Assembly (NCBI RefSeq): GCF_009914755.1
Contig: NC_060933.1
Origin: the human T2T-CHM13v2.0 reference genome, Homo sapiens
DNA length: 64,000 bases
Direction: 5' to 3' (one strand)
Under the pieces are notes generated by a model, which made no database searches, was not told the origin of the DNA, and saw only the letters and a program-made list of their open reading frames with translations. Below are positions 26,872 to 40,903 of the stretch, piece after piece (the first letter of the stretch is position 1; each line of letters starts with the position of its first letter). Made by a program: the position numbers and the translations under genes.

Positions 26872-29800
26872 GATGCTAAATTAATGTCCAAGGCCCAAGG
26901 CACTGGGATATCCCAATTGAGTTGTCTCATTCTCAAAAATATGAGTGACATGTAGCTGCTAATCTCTAAGGCCTCCCCCACTCCCCTGCTTCTCTACTTC
27001 ATCCCCATTCTTGGTAGATGATGGTCTTAACTGAGAGCCTAATCAAACCAAGAGTTAAATTTTCCCAGGTTTTCATGTACTTAGGAAGTTTCTAATGTTG
27101 GGTAGTGCCTAGGGGAAATTTTGGTGGGGAAATGGAGGGAAGACAGAAGGAGTTGAGCACAGTTGGCCAGGACTGGAGGATCACCTAATGTGGCATCCCA
27201 CCTTGAAGCTTCCTTGTAGCTATGATACCGTTTGAACCAAGGAAAACTAACTTTCTTTATCATGAGTGAGAAAGAGATGGGGCCCAAATGGCATCTGATA
27301 CACTTTGCAATAATGCTTTTTGCAGTGACTTGCAGACAGAAATATGCTGGAATAATTGAGCTAGCACATAGCATAATCTGCTGTAGCCACCTCAAAATTG
27401 CAGAATCAGACCCATTGGTGCTGTATTTGACCAAGAGCAGCCATGGAGGGAAAAATATCTATTTCCCACTAGACTAATTATGCTAATTTTATATTAATTG
27501 ATTGAACGGTTTTACTTGAAGCTGCTGTGGAATTTTGTTTTTGTGTTAAAGTTGCATAAAACTATAAGCTGAAGAAGTTCAGCAAGCGCTGCATTTGGAC
27601 ATACTAAGTAACATTAAGTACACGTAATATAGATCTCCACCCAAGGTTCACAATCTTTTTTTTTTTTCCAAAGTTACCAGTTCATTACTCAAAGTAGAGA
27701 AGTGCTGTTTGGGAGGAAATATTTCAGATACTGGGCAGCTGCTAAGGGTAAGGGAATAAGGGGGTGAAGTCCAGAGGCAAGCCCCCTTCTGTGGATGGGG
27801 TGGGGTTTCATGAAGAGTTGACGGAGACATTCTGACAAAGGCAGCAACCAAGCCAGGCTAGGAAATGAGGACGCTTTCTATGAAACAATCTCCTTTAGTT
27901 GCCCCAATTGTTCAATAATGTCTGATATGGAATCAAAACACACAGTTGTGTCAGGGATTATGTCAACAATGAAGGGACAAGGCAGTGGTGGCCCCTTCCC
28001 CTTTCCTGCCAGAATACCAATTTCACAAGCTGTGGCAATGTGCCCAGCTCACAGCTGACCCTCTCCCTTCCCATTCCTCTACAAATTAAGGCTACAAAGA
28101 GTATCTCTGAGTATAAGATTATTTATAGTCTTATAAATAGACCGGTAGGTGGGTGGCCCTGTGAGACAGTGCTGGGCAGTGAAGGATGAGTGGAGGTTGT
28201 TAGGTGGGGCTTCCAGAAAGCTCCAGAAAGCAGAGGAGTTTGACTTGGCTGGCAGGATCTCTTTTCCCCTTTGCCTTTCCTCCCGCTGGCCACCTAGAAT
28301 AAGGCATAGCAATTGGTGCTGCTGCAGCCATTTGCAAGTAACCAGGATGGAGAAGCCTAGAGAAATCCTGAGGACCCCTGGATGCTTCCTGCAGACTTCC
28401 TTATGACTCAGGAGGAAAACTGTGCTCAAGCCACTGTCATTGGGGGTTTCTTTCAGATGCAACTGAGCACAAGCCTTCAGGAGAAGGGCACCCCTGCTTG
28501 TCATGCATCACACCCATCAGGTGCCGCGTCATGGGGAGGACAGGGCCTATCATGAAGACCTTGGCCCACAGCAAGGTGACCAGGAGCCCCTGGCCAGTCC
28601 CGCAGCGGAGGAGGAGGAAGGAGGTCTGTTGACCTCAGGAGGAGCCACCTGGGTCTCCATCAGGAAGAGTGGGCAGGAGCCCACCGCACACCTCCTTTCA
28701 AAGAACTCAGAAGGAAAGGGAACCTTAAAGGAAAGGGTAAAAATAGCTATTTCAAATTACCTATATTTAGCACCAGTTTGAGTTCTGGGTGAAAGAAAGT
28801 AACAGCAGATTTTAAAAGAGAATGTGAACAGAGACAGTGAAAACGTAACCTAAGGAAGAAAAACTATAGCAAAGTCGTTCTAAACCACATATTTCAATTC
28901 TCGTTGATTATTAGAAAGCATGATGTTACAATCAGAAAAATAAATAAAGACATAAAGAAATAGTGCTCAGGTTAGAATCAGGCAAGGTGCTGGATACTAT
29001 CTTGTGCATCCTGCCTGGGAACAGCTCTCACTGAGTGAATATAATCATGTCTGTTACACGTGAGTGTTTACCATTGACAACACTGTGCCAAGTCTTTTAC
29101 CTGTGTGTGGTTTCATTTAACCTTAAGAGATATTACCATAATTCCCAGTGACAGTTGAGGAAACTGGGGTGTGGATCTGCCCCCAATCATAGCTCTCGAT
29201 GACTTTTGACATTGCTATTTTCTATCTACCTAAAAAGGCTGCATCGCCTGCAGCAGAAACAAACAGCCCTACTCTAAAGACACTACAAGGCTTTTTGTTT
29301 TAAATGTGATTGTAAAAATCTCAATTAGAGGAGTCTTCAATTAATTGAGGGATCCGAGTAATCTAATTTCCTGGCTTAATTGAGCACTAGCCGGAAAAAA
29401 AAATTCCCATTAAAATGCATTTTTTAAAGTATATAAAACACGCACTTTCTTGACTTAGTGAACCTGATTTAAACTTTTTTGATAATTAAGTCACTGACAG
29501 TGCCTCAGGGTGGCTATACTGACAATCGCTTCTCACCACTCTGTGCTGTATCCTACTGTTAGGTTTTTTCCGCTCTTCTACTAATTAAGGCTACAAAGAG
29601 CATCCCTGAGTGTAAGATTATTTCTTTTATATTTCACATTAGTTTCAGATATGCCTAAAGTGGATGCTGGGCCAACAGGGTTATAATTTTTTTTTAATGC
29701 TTCCAAAAATGTTCCCAAAATGCAGCGCAAATTTTTACCACATTTTTTCCAGGTTATAATTCTTTAAAACTCTTCAAATATAATTCCTAAGGATGAATTT

Positions 29801-30904
29801 AACAATCAGCTGGTAACTGAGAAGCTGGGAGATCTGCAAGGAAGGTTCTTGTGAGAGGACGATGAAGATGGATAGCACCGAACCAGGAGAGGAAGGATAT
29901 GAAGAATGACGGCATCTCAAAGGGGAGGAGTTACATGCTTTGTGCATTGCAAGCAATGGTGTGCTGGTGAAATCTTAACAACCAGTTCTCCAGAGAAGAA
30001 AAGGGGAACCCTGATTTGTAGCATTGGCCAAGGTGGAAATAGTCCTGCTACACCCCATTTCAAGTCACAGGATGCAGTTGAAAAACTGCGCACCTTTCGG
30101 TTTGTGACCCAGTAGGAGCTGTCCTCTAGAACATACTGACTGCAAGGGAGCAGGGTACCACTGGGAGGGACAGTGAAATATGCATCCTTGGATGTGGTGT
30201 GCTGCCTTCCTCCACTCGTACCATGCAACAGTCTGGACACTTAAAGGCCCCCTAAACAGAGGTCTCGGGACCTGGATGCCCTTGTGGTCTCTCAACCATG
30301 GGACAATTGAACAGACCCCACGGGAAAATGTCGTATGCTTGGGGGTAGCAGTGTCCCCAGACACTAGCATGTGCTCTCATCTTTTCATAAGGTTGTCACA
30401 TCTCATTGCCTAGTCACAGTCTTTTATTGGTCCTATTAATATATGCCTACCAAATTAGAAGCTCCTAAGTCAAAGGAAGAATGGCTCATTATGAGTGACA
30501 GTCAGTGGTTGATTATTTTGGCAGGCAGTTCTGGGCACTATGATTAAAAATGGACCCAGAAAGGGGGAAAGACCTCTCAGTGGACCCTGTTTTCAGTGTT
30601 TACCTAATGGTAGCCAAAGAGCATGACATACCCAAAAGCCAGAGGTTAAAATTTCAACGAAAAGATGGCAGCAAATGGATTCTTACTCTAGTCACTTATT
30701 TCATTTGGCTTTAGAAAGTGTCTCCTCATGCTCTTTTTTTCAGCGTTTGGATACACTCTTAAATTATTCACAATATGGCATTGTTTCATTTCTCTAACAA
30801 ATTTGGAAAAATCGTAAAATATTAGGGAAATGCTGATGATTGAACCATTTTACCTTCTCATGAAATCTTGATGTCCTATCTAAGACAGAGATCGGCAGTT
30901 TACT

Positions 30905-31440
30905 AATCATGCTTTTTTATTTTCTGTATTTCTGATGCTTTGATATCTGGATGACCCTGGAGGCATCCTATGCAGATTAGCCTACTTTTAAAAGCAGTAA
31001 ATGACTCCCTGTGAGCACACCTCGTGTATGCAAACCACCAACCTAGCGCCCACCTCCTCCCCCACCTTCTCTCTCAGGTTCTCACCATCTAGGCCACCAT
31101 CTTCCTTCCCTAATCATTCCAGGGCCAGGCACCAGATGTCCAGAGATAGCCCTCCTGTCCCAGAGCCTGCTGAAATTATTCAAGCTAGCCAATCCTAAAC
31201 CTGCTTGCCCTGACTTGCCTTGCCTTTCCTGCAGAAGCCACATGATAAAGGCTCTTGTGCAGGTTTCTCCCCTCCTCTCTCAGCCTCCTCACTGAGCCTT
31301 GTACTTCCCCGGGTGGCCCCACCTGGCATTGCATGCCTCCTCCTCTTAGGAACTGTAACAGCTAACTTTTCAAAGGTAGCCCTCTCCTGATCTGTTGGTT
31401 TCACCATACCTGAATAATAATAAAACCTACATTTTAAAAC
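30905..31440 (+). mobile_element. ERVL-type LTR (MER54/73/74-like)
   Basis: gagcctgctgaaattattcaagctagccaatcctaaacctgcttgccctg. Confidence 0.55.
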
Positions 31441-32936
31441 ATCCAGTTGCTCTCAATACCCATATTTCTCTTCTTAATAAAAAATCCCCAACTTCTAGGT
31501 AAGCGTATGGCCTCCAAGATAAAAAAAAGACCGAGCCTTTGCTGATTCTCCCTGGCTATTAGCAGTGGCCACGTGAATCAGGTCAGCTGCTTGCTTACAG
31601 TGCTCTCCGAAGTGCTGTGGAGGATGCATGCTTTCTTCTGAGTGCTTCCTCTAGCTGCAGAGGATTTGATGGCTGGGGTTCCAGTAGTCATCATGGGCCA
31701 TTAGGATGCAGCCCACACTCACAACCTAGAACTATCTAGCATGGGGAAGATGAATTATCTAAATAATCTGGATAGCTCATGATTTCGTGGAACCATGGAC
31801 TCCTTTCATGGAACAAATAATGAAAATCTGTTTTTTAAGTAACTATTATTTGATGTTTTTCTGTTGTACTCAGCTAGACTTCATCACAGATAATGCACTA
31901 TCCTTAACAGAAGAAAAACCATAATACCTGTCTGTCAAGGTACTCATTGTGTCTCAAAAATATGTCATTTGATCATGCTACTGATATTATCAATAACTAA
32001 AAGAAAACAGTTTTACCCATCTGTAACATCAAAACCATGGTAAGTGCCTTTCCCTTCAAGGGTCATCATGCTCAGTGCTGAAAATCAGGGTGCTCGATCA
32101 ATCCTCTGCCCCTCCACCTGTTTTGCTAAAAATAGCAGACCACAACATGTTGGTGGACATGATTTAGTTATGTTCACAACTTTCACTATTTCCTTGAACA
32201 AGAAATAATACATCAAGGGCAGGAGGCATATTGTTAATCAGCAATTGCTCTGCAAAATAAAGCAGCATGTGATCTGGCATTTAAGTAAAATCCTCCCTTT
32301 TCATGCCAGTCATCATGAGTCCCCGCTGGACCTGACCCCAGTGTACTTTCTCAGCCCATATCCTCTATTAAAAAATAAACACTAATTAAACAAATAACAA
32401 TAACGGAACATCTTCTTATGTGGCGTGGATTCTCTGTTGACCGCTCATATGTTCCACCAGCATATGATGAGCTGATCCAAGCATGAAACAGAATCAGCTA
32501 ACACCCTATTGCTGTGCTCTTCCACATTGTGTGCTTTTAATGTTACATGATATCCAACAATAAGGAAAGGAATTTTAACTAAAGACCAATTGTTCTTTCT
32601 CCCTGAGAAATTTTGCAAAAAACTTTGAGTTTGGTTTCATAGGTCTCTGTTATATTACTTATGTCTCTTTCTGCTACAAAATGTATAACTTGGGTTATTT
32701 ATCTTCTTTTAAAAACTCATTTATTTCAAATTTTGCACAGTATTACTTTGCATTTGTTCTGTTAAAAAATAAGATCTTGATTGGTGTACCAGTAGTGGTA
32801 GAAGTTTAATGAATTGATAAACTTTCATAAAGATCAATGCATTGTCATGAGGAATCCAGACCCAAAATATCAAATCTTCAGATATTTGTGTCTTATCTCC
32901 TATACACACTTTTTTTTTTTGGCATGGGGGACATTT

Positions 32937-33630
32937 AAAATTTTTCTAAATTTTTATTTCAATAGGTTTTGGGGGAACAGATGGTGTTTGGTTAGAAGAA
33001 TAAGTTCTTTAGTGGTAATTTCTGAAATTTTGGTATACCCATCACCCTAAGCAGTATCCACTGTACCCAATGTGTAGTCTTTTATCCTTTAACCCCCTTC
33101 CACCCTATCCCCCGAGTCCCCAAAGTCTACTGTGTCATTCTTATGCTTTTGGGTCCTCATAGCTTAGCTCCCACTTAAGAGTGAGAACATAAAATGTCTG
33201 GTTTTCCATTCTTAAGTTACTTCACATAGCATAATGGTCTCCAATTCTATCCGGGTTGCTGCAAATGCCATTATTTTGTTCCTTTTTATGACTGAGTAGT
33301 ATTTCATGGTGTATATATATACATATATATATATATATACACATATACATATATACGTATACACACACACACACACACACACACATACACATACCACATT
33401 TTCTTTATCGACTAATTGATTGATAAGTATTTGGGCTGGTTCCATATTTTTGCAATTGCAAATTGTGCTGCTATAAATATGCATGTGCAGGTATCTTTTT
33501 TGTATAATGACTTCTTTTCCTCTGGGGAGATACCCAGAAGTGGGATTGCTGGATCAAATGGTAGATCTACTTTTTGTTCTTTAGGGAATCTCCACACTGT
33601 TTTCGACTGTGGTCGTGTACTAGTTTACAT
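32937..33630 (-). mobile_element. L1PB-type 3' end with internal (TA)n(CA)n
   Basis: aataggtttt gggggaacag...cttagctcccactta...ggattgctggatcaaatggtagatctact. The 33412-33597 ORF is L1 ORF2 C-terminus-like (DLPFDPAIPLLGI). Confidence 0.9.
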
Positions 33631-34101
33631 TTTTTTGACTTAGAAAATTATCATACTTACAGACTGACAGATGGACTGTAGGCACAGAAAGCTTCACGGT
33701 GCTTTATGACATTATAAGTTTAGTATTTTGCTACTATTTTATCTCGACCTTCATGATTCACTGAACCATGAGTTAGGAATATAAAGGAAAAATGCAGTTT
33801 AACAAACATAAGAAAGTACATGCAACAAACATGAAAATACACTAGCTGTCATGTCAAAACCCTGCTCACTTCAGTAGGGATGGCACCAGGTTCAAGAGAC
33901 CAAAGAGACCTAAAGCCAGCAAATGAGACATAGGGTATTTTTGGGGGAATTTTAAATACAGGGACAGTCCGGTGGTGGTGGGCTGAACAGGAGAACCACA
34001 ATCACTGGCAAAAAGCATGCAGTTGATTGAGCACCCTCACTGGGCACCTTTCCTCAGCAACCTCCATATGACAACCTTCATTTCTTAAATTACTGCTGTC
34101 A

Positions 34102-34429
<328 letters not shown>

Positions 34430-35039
34430 TTATTTCTGTCAGGTAAGCCTCCCATATACTAGCCAAGATGAAATGCATAATGTTTAATAGAGTATCTGCC
34501 TCAATGACATGACAAAGGTCCCACTGTCTCTGCAAATGCTGTTGTCAACACTACTGTTAGGGTCTCAATGGAATTTTGATAAATGTCAATTAGTTTTATA
34601 TTTCACGTCTTTAAATTTATAGGAAGAAACAAACTTCACTACATTTTCCTTGGAAACTATGTAAATCCTTACAGACTACTCAATTGCCGAATATCTTGAA
34701 CAATACAGACTTACCAGGCAAAGACAAAAAAGTGTAGAATACCTGAGTACTTTTTATCCAACTGACTTCGTTGCATAATTTCTGTAGTCTAATTTATTTC
34801 TTGCTAACGCTAGTCAGCCTAAATTTGACAATATTCTTTTTTATAACCTGCTAAAAGGAATGGGAAAAAAAACACTTTATGAGTTTCTGGCATTTCTTAA
34901 ATTTCTTAAGAACTTCAACCTCCATTGTACTGTATTTATTTACATTGTACAGATTTTAGCAACTTCTCATTTGAATCTTAGAAGGAAAAAGTTGACAAGA
35001 AGGAAATGCTAATCTCTGAGACTATAAACAGAGGTAACA

Positions 35040-35410
35040 CGTTAGTCAAGATGGGTTGGGTTACGCCCCAGTAACAAACAACTCCAGAATCTTGAAGGCT
35101 TAAAACAACAAAGGTTTATTTCTCCCACAGACTTTAAATCTATCGCAGGTTAGCAGGGACCTCTGCTCCCATCTCAGCCTTGCCCTCACTCTGAAAAGCA
35201 AGTCAGGAGAGCGACCCCTCTCTGGAACACTGCCTGTTCCTTGGGGAGAGGGCAATGAAATGCTCCAGCCTAAAATCAGGGGCCTCCTTCACTCACAACT
35301 CCATGGCAGAAATGGTCAAATCTCACCAAGAAGAGGGCCAGGAAGTGCAATCTTACTCTGTGCCCAGAATGGGGAAGAATGGGAAGACCCAGAGAACTGC
35401 ACAGGTGATT
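35040..35410 (-). mobile_element. Old MaLR LTR (MLT1J/K-like)
   Basis: cagtaacaaacaactccagaatctt...ggcttaaaacaacaaaggtttatttctc. Confidence 0.55.
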
Positions 35411-35524
35411 CTCACCGTGAGCAGTCAGGTGGGTTTTGCTGCTCAATCTAGCAAATGTGCATGGGATACTTATTGGTCCAAAGCATAGTTCAGGTTGCTG
35501 AGAGGGTTCAATAATGAACTTGGG

Positions 35525-35886
<362 letters not shown>

Positions 35887-37029
35887 CTACAAGCCAGAAA
35901 GGTCAAGAAAGCAAGACCCAAGAAACATTTCAAAGAGGGAGAAAATCCTTTTTTTTGACTTAAATGACTGGGAAAAGCATAGAGGGGGCCATCTGAGGGC
36001 AGCCTTAGTATAGGAAAGATGTTCATATGCAGGGATGGACAGGGAGACAGAAAGAAGGGATTTCCAAGCAGAGGAAATAACATAATCAAAGCAGTACATT
36101 TTGACACATTCACTCTGTAATTATGTGTTGCCAGTTTTACAGTGACAATGATATCTTAAAGCCCATTCTCCAGCCCACTCTGAGTTCCTTATCCTTATGC
36201 TAAGATTGAAATGGGGATATTTGAGATATTTTGTAGTATCTAACTTCGGGGGCTGTTTTATTTCTGTTGGGGTGTGTGCATGTCGTGTGTGTGTGCGTGT
36301 GTGCGCACGTGAACATTTGGAGAGGTACTTCTTGAAAGCTAATGTGTACTTTTTATTAAAAGGACTGCAAAAGATATAGTCTTGATTTTTGGCAAGGGCA
36401 AATAACACATTTCACATCTACTGTGTTGCCCCCTAACAAAGAAACTGCGTAACTTTCATCTTACATTCATGACAAACAGTTCTATCTCCACTAGGTTTTT
36501 TTTCTGAGCTCCCCATCTCTCCTTATAGAAGTTAAGTTGGAGTATGGTGGGTTCCTCTGTTTTCCTACACCTAAGCTAACTCCATGTTGTTTGAGGCAGA
36601 CTGTGAGGAGTTAGAAGAGCAAACAAATAATAGCAACAATAATGATAATTATTATCATTGTGACAATAGAATTTATGTTAAAATGTCTTAGGCAGATGCC
36701 TGCCTCTTCGGGCCCCTCAGTGACTTGTGATAGACTAGGATAGGCAAAGACTCCTTGTAGTTAAGAAAGGTAAATGGAAATGGAAAAGTGAATGAGGACA
36801 ATCCAGAGATGTGAAAAAGTGAAGGCATGAGAGTTCATGCCCAGATCTGAAGCAGCAACCTTGGCAGGGCAGAGCCAGTGCCGTGGGTTAAAGGAATCCT
36901 GTGGATGTGGCTGCAGCAGCAGCCATGGAGTGCTGAATGCAAGGAACTGCGGCCACGGACCCCACATTCAAAGTATCTGGGGCAACAGCAAGTCGGCAAA
37001 GCCAAGGCAGAATTGATGGGGGCATAACC

Positions 37030-38051
<1,022 letters not shown>

Positions 38052-38589
38052 GGGGCACCTGTCTTCAGTATTTGCAGGCATTGAAGAAGATTGAGGAGTT
38101 GTTAAGAATAGAGAGTGTGCCATGCTTAGATCAGGAGGGCAAGGAGGGGTGCTCCAGATGGCTGCTGGGGCTCAGACCCACAACCAGGGACATCACTGCC
38201 CACGTAGCCCTGATGGAACTCCCCAGGGTAGAGCATGTGGGCAGATGCTCTATACCTGAATTACAATTTTCTCTCAATGCTAACCTTGGAAAATGTTCTA
38301 CATAGAGAAAGCCGAGACCCTCAATACCACTGACTGAAAAAAGTCACTAAAGAGGAACTTGATTTAACAAAGCCTACTCCCATCTCCATCCCGCCCCAAG
38401 ACTTAGGGAGCTGGCAGGCATTCCCAACTAAACTTGGCTAACAGCAGTGATTCTTAAATTCAATTCCATATCAAAATTACCTACTAACACACAGTTTCTG
38501 TGAGGGGTAGGCGGTCTGGTTATCAATAGTTTGCAAAACTCCTTTACCAAGTGATTCTCATGTGCAACAAAACTAAAGAGCAAGTAGAT

Positions 38590-38760
38590 TACAGCCTTGC
38601 ATGTCAAAGTGTGGTCTCAGACCAGAAGCAGGGACATCACCTAGGAGCCTGATAGAAATGCAGACTCCCGGGCCCCACTCGGCCCTGCTGCCTCAGAGGC
38701 TATGGAATCACAAGACCCTGAAGTACTTCATTTGCACATTAAAGTTTGATAAGCACCAGA
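38590..38760. mobile_element. MER5-type DNA-transposon relic
   Basis: caaagtgtggtc...catcacctaggagc...agaaatgcagactcccgggcccc...gcacattaaagtttga. Confidence 0.7.
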
Positions 38761-39321
38761 ATACCCTTTAATGATACCTAATAGGGTCGGCTGATTGTCA
38801 TTATCTCCGTAAATTGGAGCCCTGACTAATGTTGCAATAATGACCTGAAGCTGGGCGGAGGGTTGGAGTAGGGAGGGGCATGCAGACAGCAAGACCTGGA
38901 AAGCTGTTGATAAAGAGGCTGGAAGAAGCGGAAGTTTCTGGTGGTTTTTGTACTTGGGTAGTTTGATTTTCACTTTGCCGCCAACCTTCCAGATAGAATG
39001 CTACATAGTCAGCAGATTTTTGTATATTTCCTCTGAAAGCTCAATATATGACAAGCCAGCTCTGTGCTTTGTGCTTATCATTAAATTAACCCTCAGGGCC
39101 ACCACCCTGCAGACGTTAATCATTCCCATTTTGCAGAAGCACTAAGAGGGCAAGAACCTCCCCAGTGTCACTTAGCCATTCCGTGGCAGAGTGAGGATTT
39201 CGTTTTTAGTGTTTGATGGATTTTTCCTGCATCATCAAAATTAAGCTTTATTTCACAATTAGTGTGGAAAAAGAGAAATAAAGACCAAACAGAAGCAGTA
39301 CTCAGCAACAATGCTAGGGCA

Positions 39322-39900
39322 GAAACTGTCCCCACAGGGTTGACAAGAATGGCATGCCAGGTTCTGGATAGAAATAGAATAATAATTAAACATTAATCAG
39401 GCTGCACTTTGGCCCACTTCCTTGTTGCTAAAAGTCACGTAGCACTAGATCCTGACCATTTGTATCTCTTCGTTCCTGTAGATAAGATTTCTGGCATTAA
39501 GGTTATAAGATGGTTTAAGAATTGATCTGCATCCCTGTTGTTCCCATAGACAGGACCTCTGACATTAGAATCATAAGGCTTTTGTTTAAGGATCACTTAA
39601 GATTTTTTCAGCCCCCAAATTCCAGCACCCAATTTGAAGACCCCACAGAAGGACGGAATCAGCATGAGATTGCAGCTTCTTCATCCTCATCCCACGACTT
39701 CACCCCAAACTCTTTGACCAATCAATGATTTCCACACTTCATGCTGTGGCCCACTCCAAAACCCTTAAAATCACTAGCCCCACAGCCCTCTGGGAGATGG
39801 ATTTGAGGTTTCCTCCTATCTATCTCCTCACTGGGTGACCCTACAATTAAACCTCTTGCTCTGCTGCAACTCCATGTCTCAGGCATTGGCTTGTCCCAGA
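39322..39900 (+). mobile_element. ERV1 (MER4-group) solo LTR
   Basis: gaaactgtccccacagggttgacaagaa...gggagatggatttgagg...attaaacctcttgctctgctgcaa. Confidence 0.65.
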
Positions 39901-39917
39901 CTTAACACCATCATTTT

Positions 39918-40534
39918 GTCAATGAAAAGAATCACTCTATAAAATTTTTGAAGACATTTATTCTGAGCCTAATATGAGTGACTGATGATCCTAGACACAA
40001 CCCCAGGAGATCCTGAGAACATGTGCCCAAGGTGATCTGGCTACAGCTTCATTTTATACATTTTAGCAAGACATAAGACATCAATCAATACATGTAAGAT
40101 GTACACTGGTTTGGTCCAGAAAGGTGGGATAACTCAAAGTGGGGGCTTCCAGGTCATAGGTAGATTCAAGAATTTTCTAATTGGCAATTGGTTGAAAGAG
40201 TTAGATTATTATCTAAAGACTGGAATCAGTAGAAGGGAATGTCTGGATTAAGATAAGGGCTTATGGAAACCAAGGTTCCTATTATGCAGAAAGAATCAAT
40301 AGAAGGAAATTCCTCCTACCAGACCCAAACAGTCTATCATTCTTCAGATGTTTTAATGTTAATGCTGGTCAGTTGTGCCTGAATTCCAAGAGGAGTAGGA
40401 TATAATGAGGCATGTCTGATCCCCACTTCCCATCATGGCCTGAACTAGTTTTTGAGTTAACTTTGGAATGCCCTTGGCCAAGGGAAGCATCCATCAGTCA
40501 GTTGGGGGGCTTAGAATTTTATATTTGGTTTACA
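39918..40534 (-). mobile_element. MER4-type ERV1 solo LTR
   Basis: Minus strand starts tgtaaaccaaatataaaattctaagcccccc. Contains tcctgagaacatgtgcccaagg and catcaatcaatacatgtaagatgtaca. Confidence 0.85.
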
Positions 40535-40859
40535 ATTTAATAGCCTGGGGTTGTGGAGGAAAGCAGGATTAAAAAAAAAGAGAAGGGAGTTTGTCTTCAC
40601 TTCTTCTATTTTGACACAAGTAAGGCCCTGCCCTACTCCTTCCCTCTCTCACCTTAACCTGTCTGGATCTTCTGCTTCATTTCCACCCAAAGACAGGGAG
40701 CAATGGGAAAGTTTCACGGGACACCCCAGGGTGAGTTATTGTTGCCTATTGCTAGTTCTGCACAGAGCCTGATATCCTCCTATTGTGGTCATAAGCACAT
40801 AACAGCCGCTGAGGGGTCACCAAGTCAAGGTCATCCTAGACCAGCTAACCCCTTAAGAA

Positions 40860-40903
40860 ATAGCACCACCTTCCAGCCAGGGTGTCATAACTGTAGCTTT
40901 ATT
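40860..40903 (-). terminator. DIRAS2: DIRAS2 polyadenylation signal and cleavage region
   Basis: Plus-strand tttatt at 40898-40903 is AATAAA on minus. A CA lies ~15 nt downstream (40884-40883), followed by G/U-rich sequence (ggtggtgctatttctt). Confidence 0.8.
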
